A stretch of 64,000 nucleotides of DNA from Rhynchopus sp. YZ270_cl-10 (lineage: Eukaryota), in contig OZ037839.1 of the NCBI GenBank assembly GCA_964035575.1, forward strand, positions 1,054,001 through 1,118,000, in the 5' to 3' direction. Below are positions 57,253-64,000 of this stretch, in pieces. The notes under the pieces were generated by a model. The model searched no databases. It was not told the DNA's origin and worked only from the letters and a program-made list of their open reading frames with translations. The translations under genes and the position numbers were made by a program. The first letter of the stretch is position 1. Each line of letters begins with the position of its first letter.

Positions 57253-58866
57253 AAAACACGTACGTTTTTGTTCGCGATAACACGTATACTTTTTGTGTAC
57301 GTGTTATCGCAAATCGAAAAAAAAAGTATACGTGTTATCGCAATTTACCCAAAAAAAAAATATATTTCAGTGTCCGGAGCCTCTGCGTGCTGTGATGGGG
57401 TCACTTTGCGCTCAGAACTGAGTATTTTTGACCTAAAATGCATGTATCAGTTTTTACAGGCCATTTTCAGGTTTTGTGTGTAATATGGTCAGTACTTGAC
57501 CACTGAGGGTAAAGTGCAAAGTAAACGTGAGGGCAGTTTGCATAGCTGCGAACTTTGCTGCACGTTGTGACCCCCCACAATTTGACGGTCGGAGCTCGTA
57601 GAACCCAACGAGGAGTGAGAAAAGGATATGGCGAAATAATAAAAGTAGCGTACCGTGCGCCTGCGGCGCAAGCTTTGCAACCCACCCCTCCCATGACATA
57701 GTTTGGCTGCAGCAACCTGAACACCTGGTAGTGGTCCTCCCAGGCCACTGTCGTCTCGGACCCCCCCATATTCGACCATCATCCCACGATTTCCCAAAAA
57801 CTCAAAAGTTACCGTCAGGCCTGGTCATGACAGGTAAAATGCACTGGGGTACTGGTGGGTACTGGGTACTGGGTACTGGGTACTGGGTACTGGGTACTGG
57901 GTACTGGGTACTGGGTACTGGGTACTGGGTACTGGGTACTGGGTACTGGGTACTGGGTACTGGGTACTGGGTACTGGGTACTGGGTACTGGGTACTGGGT
58001 ACTGGGTACTGGGTACTGGGTACTGGGTACTGGGTACTGGGTACTGGGTACTGGGTACTGGGTACTGGGTACTGGGTACTGGGTACTGGGTACTGGGTAC
58101 TGGGTACTGGAAAACACGTACGTTTTTGTTCGCGATAACACGTATACTTTTTGTGTACGTGTTATCGCAAATCGAAAAAAAAAGTATACGTGTTATCGCA
58201 ATTTACCCAAAAAAAAAATATATTTCAGTGTCCGGAGCCTCTGCGTGCTGTGATGGGGTCACTTTGCGCTCAGAACTGAGTATTTTTGACCTAAAATGCA
58301 TGTATCAGTTTTTACAGGCCATTTTCAGGTTTTGTGTGTAATATGGTCAGTACTTGACCACTGAGGGTAAAGTGCAAAGTAAACGTGAGGGCAGTTTGCA
58401 TAGCTGCGAACTTTGCTGCACGTTGTGACCCCCCACAATTTGACGGTCGGAGCTCGTAGAACCCAACGAGGAGTGAGAAAAGGATATGGCGAAATAATAA
58501 AAGTAGCGTACCGTGCGCCTGCGGCGCAAGCTTTGCAACCCACCCCTCCCATGACATAGTTTGGCTGCAGCAACCTGAACACCTGGTAGTGGTCCTCCCA
58601 GGCCACTGTCGTCTCGGACCCCCCCATATTCCATCCCACGATTTCCCAAAAACTCAAAAGTTACCGTCAGGCCTGGTCATGACAGGTAAAATGCACTGGG
58701 GTACTGGTGGGTACTGGGTACTGGGTACTGGGTACTGGGTACTGGGTACTGGGTACTGGGTACTGGGTACTGGGTACTGGGTACTGGGTACTGGGTACTG
58801 GGTACTGGGTACTGGGTACTGGGTACTGGGTACTGGGTACTGGGTACTGGGTACTGGGTACTGGGT
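57251..58866. repeat. Two-copy tandem duplication, period about 858 bp
   Basis: GGAAAACACGTACG at 57251 and 58109; near-identical downstream sequence. Confidence 0.93.
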
Positions 58867-59325
58867 GCCAACCCCGGATTTTGAGAAAATTTCCACCACC
58901 GAACACGTGGGGCTCTCGGATGTACCAACTTTTTGCGAAAACAAGGCTACTAACCACAGGGAAAGCTCGGGAAAAAATCAGTTGTTTTCCTTAAGGAAGT
59001 GCCCTAAGGAAAATCACTATACCCTAGAAGGACCCAAGAAGTACCCAATTTACACCTAATTTTTAGGAAAATCACACCAGGCCCCTGAAAATTTTTTTCA
59101 GCCCCAAAACATACTGCCATTGGCATTTCCGGAATCTGTCCGCACTGTGGTGGGGTCAATTTGACGAAATGGCCAAGTTCTTGGTTTTGGTCAAAATGAG
59201 TGTAAGGTAAAGGGGCCAAGGTAAATCCCACAACCCAGATTTTCTCACCCTGATGCTGAAACATGAAAATGCGCGAAAACACCGGCATTTGCATTTCCGG
59301 AATCCGTCCCGTCTCTTGGTAAGTA

Positions 59326-59503
59326 CACGACGCGGTCCAGAGGGACCTGACAAGTGAAATCACTTGTCATAAAAGTGACAAGTGAAATGACATGTAAATC
59401 ACTTGTCATGACAAGTGATGTTCTATTGGGCTATAGGCTATTCACTTGTCATGAATTTCACTTGTCACTATGACAAGTGAAATTGGTCCTGGACCGCGTC
59501 GTG
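59326..59503. mobile_element. 178-bp MITE with TA flanks
   Basis: TIR CACGACGCGGTCCAG; internal TGACAAGTGA repeats in both orientations. Confidence 0.8.
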
Positions 59504-60485
59504 TACTGTAGTACGTGCAAATTTTTTGGCAGCCCTGTATATAAGCCCCATGCAAATTTTTTGGCAACTTTCATTTTCCAAAAATCAGGGACAGGACAGG
59601 TCTTTAGAAATAGCCCTGGTTGGCCGGACCCAAAAAAATTTTTGACCGAATTTTTTTCCGGCCGAGTCCGGCCTACCAGACTCGGGGTCCGGCCAGGCGG
59701 ACTCAGGGGTCTGGCCAACCAGACTCAGGGGTCCGCCTGGCCGGACTCAGGGGTCCGTCCTTTAGTCCGGCCAAAAGGGTCCGGCCATTTTGGTCAGACT
59801 CCACCGTGTGAAGGGGGGAAAAGGATTCCAATTTTGGGAGAAAATCAGTTATTTTGGTTCCTCAGATCTGAGAGTGACCAGAAGTGGCCTCATTAACAAA
59901 GTGACCCCGTCACAGCCAGAACGCGACTCAATTAGTCAAACGCCGAAGCAAAAGGAAGCATGCAGCATGGCGAAAGGAAAACAGTAGCGTACCGTGCGCC
60001 TGCGGCGCAAGCTTGCAACCCACCCAAAATGTACAATTTTAAGCGCAATTTTTTGAAATGTTGTGTACCGTGGCTTCGCCAGGAACCTTTGGGCATGACC
60101 GCCGAGAAATCCAATTTCGCCGAGTGTTTGAAGCCTTACGGTGTGCTGAACAAAAGGGGGGATGACCCTCCTTCATCAAGGCACAAACGCTGTTGCGCAA
60201 GTTCCCCGCCAAAGAAGTGTCCAACAACCAGGTCGTATGTACCAGTGTCACTTTCTCGCGCAGCGCGAAAAAAAAAAATTTGCCCCCAAAAAGCTCAGAC
60301 GGGGTCTTTTTTGAAAACCCCAAATCTATCTCAATCTCTGCTCCGTGAGCCAGTGTTTTTTATAGAGGGGGTGCGCGCGCACCCCCGTCAGACTTTTTTG
60401 AAATTTCAAGGTGGTGCGCGCACCCCCTAGTGCACCCCCTAGCGGTGCCTGGGCGGAGGGAGACGGGAGGGCAGGGTGGTTGGGG

Positions 60486-61328
60486 CAGTGTTGGCAGAGT
60501 ACGTGTCCAATTTCAAAAAGTACGTAAAAAGTACAATAGTACAATAGTACAAAAAGTACGTAAAAAGTACAAAAAATACACAAAAAGTACATCTGGGTTT
60601 GTGGCCGGGTATGTGCAGCTGGTGTACCAGTGTGGGGGCAAAAAAAAAAGGTTTGATGGCAGTGTTGGCATAGTACGGCACAAAGCTGTAAACGGCTTCT
60701 CAAGAATGTGCGCGGTCTCGCAGGTTCACAGACAGCGGCACCTGGTTCTCGAACAGCGACGCCTCGGAGTCAAGAAGCAATGGGAGATGGTGTTTCCTGT
60801 CGGTCACGTGTGATCACGTGTGGTCCAACAAAGTCGGGATACAGTAGGGGGTACGTGTAGATGACTACACCTCGAACAGTTGGGAGGGGGAAAAGGGATG
60901 GGGTGATGGGGTTCACAGAATGGTAGTAAAGTCAATCTCGCTTACGGGCACGTCATCAGTCTTCTTACTCCGCTTCGTCGGTGGTTCGTTCTCCCCCTCC
61001 GGATTCTCCGCCCCCCACCAGCACTCCTCCCTGTTCACCCTCAGTTTTTTGTACAGCGAGGTGGCGCGGTGAATGTTCACAGGTCCCATATTGTGCCGAC
61101 GTGCACAAGTGACGAACCCCATATCGGAGAATTTTACCTCGCACTGGCACGAGTGAGGGGGGATGCGGGTCAGCTTCACAGCGGTCAGCCAAAACGGACT
61201 TCTTGTGTCGAATTCCCAGGGTAAAATATAGGGTCATAAAGTACGGATTTGGGCGCCAAAAAGTACGTCAAAAAGTACAAAAGTACAAAGTACAAAAAGT
61301 ACAACGTACACGTACTCTGCCAACACTG
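60486..61328 (-). mobile_element. Non-autonomous hAT element with a transposase C-terminal remnant
   Basis: 21-bp TIR CAGTGTTGGCAGAGTACGTGT; 8-bp TSD GGTTGGGG at 60478-60485 and 61329-61336; SCQCEVKFSDMG..RRHNM resembles the hAT dimerisation motif. Confidence 0.88.
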
Positions 61329-62418
61329 GGTTGGGGGGTGGGGGACCCACCCCCCTACCACTCTGCCCCCCCCTTCACCTTCCCCATCATGCTCTCGCGA
61401 GCCTCACCAGGAAGTAAGGGGAGTTGGCGTTTCCGAGCTGCAAACATAACTGTTTTGCGTCCCAGGTGCTGTAAGTGTAGCTCTTCTCTGTTTGGCAGTA
61501 AAAATGTGCAAATTTAAGCGCAATTTTTTTTGAAATGTTGCGTACCGTGGCTTCGCCAGAAACTGCCGATGACCGCCGTTCTTTTGTTTCAACCGCGGGG
61601 GGAAAAAATGTGCATTTTTTTGCCCTGTGCACCCCCGTCCAAAAACCCTGAATCCTAGAAAAAACACTGCCGTGAGCACAAAAAAAAAAAAATGCAGATA
61701 TCGGAATGGGTGCACTACGCCGTATCATCGAAACACAGAGTCTCTCCGCAAGGCCTACTTGGGTGCGCAAGAGACGCTCAACACAGCGAAAAAGGGGCTC
61801 CCGCACTCCCCGTGCGAGACGAGGTGGCGTTCGAGGACATCGCAGCCAACGTAGAAGTCATCCGCACTGTGTTAAATGACCCCGACCAAGCGGCGCTGTC
61901 GCGCCAATTCCCCAACCTCCGCCGCATCCTGGACAACATGGTTTTCTACCAAGAATTCCAGTTCACCCTCAAGGTGCTCCGTCCTGTAAGCGCAGGAGTC
62001 CGGCTCCTCAAAAAAGATGACACGCGGCTCGGGGAGGTCATCCCAATCATGTGGGCGATCGGGAAGTACACCGAGAACCTGCTCGTGCCGGCCGACCTGC
62101 AAGTGAAGGTGGACGCAGTGAAAGCATCACTTAATAAACGTCGGGAGCGGTACGAACAGTGCCCCGCGACGTTGGTGGCGATGATCCTCCATCCACTACG
62201 TCGAAGAAGAGCCAGGAGACGCGCCCCAGTGTCTCACGCCTTTCCTCTTTCCTGAAGGCGTTTGACCCGAGGGATTACCTCGTGAAGGCTGAAGCAGCCG
62301 TCAAGACCTTAGGAGGACAAGAAGCACTCTCCGAGTTGGCGAACTTCTTGACGAAGGAGGGGCAGTACCAGTCTCAGTCAATCTGGTCTAGCGCTCCTAA
62401 CAAGAAGGTGTGGTTTTG

Positions 62419-62451
<33 letters not shown>

Positions 62452-63674
62452 GGTATTTACTCTCGTCTCTTTAGCGCTGCCGAAGCAGTGTGGCTGCTCT
62501 TTTTTTGTTCTATCCAGAGTAAACCCGGGACCGTGTCCCGGGTTTTTTCTTATCCTTTTTGATTAAATTCATACAGCCCGAAGACTGGTGGTGCATTACA
62601 GGGAAGCTGCTGAAGGGAGTACACCTGCCAAAACTAGGGGGGAAAATATTGCAGAATTGTTCCGCATTCTGCGAATCAGGAGAGATTCTTCTCCACAATC
62701 GGGAGGATAAGTGGCGGTAGGGAATCCCTACAGATCCCCCGGCTCCACAAGCTGGGAGCGGTGAGCACTTGCCTGAAGGACAAGCTGAACAGGGCAAAGT
62801 GATTAAAATTGTGTTTCCTTTTTTTTGAAAAAAAGGAGGGAGAGGGTCGGGGGAACTGTGACTATCAATAACCATCAATAAACGCCACTCTCTTTGTATG
62901 GTGGTGTTATGTGCGAAAACTCAGTGTGAAGTGTACGTCTTTTATCGGTCTTTTATGTCTTTTATTATTTCTTTTTTCGATTTTCAGGGACCCTCAGGTG
63001 TAATGGGGTGAAAGTATGTGAAGGTGGGTGTTAGTGCGGTACCCAATACAGAAATATATCCGTTCCGCTTTATCAGATCTCGACGTTTGTTGCATTGCAC
63101 GCTTCCACAGGGGTTGGGAGACTCGCAGTAGGATCAGTCTTTCTCATGCACAATATTAATATTCAATCCCACTACGTGGCGAGTTCCTTGAGTCATCGGA
63201 TCCTTAAACGCAGGAGCCTGAAACTCACCAGGGACCGGAGCACCACCGATGAAGCTTGCCATTTGGTTTATGTTCTGAGCAGAGTTGTCCACGTAGAGCG
63301 ACACAGTTTTCTCACTTTGCCATCCGTAATGTCTCTTCAACTGTGACGTCGCACCGGCATCTGCTGCAAGGCACGCACTTGTACGTCTCAGTGTGTGGTG
63401 AGGGACAAAAGCAGTTCCTCGTGCTGTATGGATCCCGCGGGAAAAATGACATTATTTTTATCGGTAAAAAATAGTCGTTTTTGTGAGTGGAACAAAAGTT
63501 TTTTGCCTGGCTGACATTGGCGAAGGAATTTTGCATTTTTGACCACCACAGATTACACGTTGTTTTACGTGTTTGTGTCTGCACTTATGCGTACAAGAAG
63601 CATGCCACCGGTGTTAACTTTTTACTGGCGTGGCTGCATAACCGATTCCCCATGGTTCTACCGTGTTTCTACCA

Positions 63675-64000
63675 GTACACAGGTACACAGGTACACAGGT
63701 ACACAGGTACACAGGTACACAGGTACACAGGTACACAGGTACACAGGTACACAGGTACACAGGTACACAGGTACACAGGTACACAGGTACACAGGTACAC
63801 AGGTACACAGGTACACAGGTACACAGGTACACAGGTACACAGGTACACAGGTACACAGGTACACAGGTACACAGGTACACAGGTACACAGGTACACAGGT
63901 ACACAGGTACACAGGTACACAGGTACACAGGTACACAGGTACACAGGTACACAGGTACACAGGTACACAGGTACACAGGTACACAGGTACACAGGTACAC
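63675..64000. repeat. (ACACAGGT)n 8-bp repeat running off the window end
   Basis: Pure array. Confidence 0.98.

Larger units (their letters stand above)
55400..57350. mobile_element. TIR element (possibly Mutator-like) carrying two microsatellites; right end duplicated at 58208
   Basis: Inverted ends GGGCAAATTGCGATAACACGTATACTTTT / AAAAGTATACGTGTTATCGCAATTTACCC, flanked by A-runs. Confidence 0.65.
54975..59618. mobile_element. hAT-like non-autonomous element nested in the previous element
   Basis: Perfect 16-bp TIR CAGGGCTATTTCTAAA; 8-bp TSD GTTGGCCG at 54967-54974 and 59619-59626. Confidence 0.9.
54898..59808. mobile_element. CAC...GTG element with 2-bp TG TSD (CMC-like), nested in the hAT intron
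   Basis: Perfect 18-bp TIR CACGGTGGAGTCTGACCA; TG at 54896-54897 and 59809-59810. Confidence 0.82.
52977..62700 (+). pseudogene. Decayed, intron-containing hAT transposase (clear segments about 54130-54801, 61698-62407, 62577-about 62630; outer limits approximate)
   Basis: WYSGNIPF..NPHFRDFV, LHSDAW, VVDGGSN, CTCHCLN, CETRW, AMILHP, PEDWW; several frameshifts; GT-AG introns 54802-61697 and 62408-62576 join in phase. Confidence 0.85.
52769..62996 (+). mobile_element. hAT transposon (10.2 kb including nested insertions)
   Basis: TIRs TAAGGGTCCCT / AGGGACCCTCA; 8-bp TSD GGTGTAAT at 52761-52768 and 62997-63004; subterminal AAAAGAC motifs. Confidence 0.9.

Noticed and set aside
63675..64000. Terminal 8-bp repeat as a telomere
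   Set aside because: Similar GTAC-core arrays occur internally, and the window end need not be a chromosome end.

Overview
Eukaryotic, transposon-rich window. The intronless host genes are all on the minus strand, with pyrimidine tracts and an AG just upstream of the ATG; this and the gene families suggest a trans-splicing protist such as a diplonemid/euglenozoan (inference). The core is a tandem array of eight ubiquitin-like + BspA-type LRR genes whose repeats are hypervariable at fixed positions. Three of the six closely related copies are split at the same nucleotide (+ strand ...GTCGCCAACCTCGCTTCG^GAAATG) by four insertions of one non-LTR retroelement family, each with an 18-20 bp target-site duplication. 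One insertion is a 5'-truncated RT/CCHC/RNase H-fold coding copy; two are non-coding copies with a predicted 5' HDV-like ribozyme and 133-bp tandem repeats; one is a 0.6-kb SINE-like copy. All four share a structured, non-poly(A) 3' end. Also present: a 1675-aa predicted secreted protein, a multi-TM nucleotidyl-cyclase-like gene, a CAC..GTG DNA transposon whose right end is amplified into a 406-bp satellite, hAT elements including a decayed transposase whose 6.9-kb intron holds nested elements, and long pure microsatellites.
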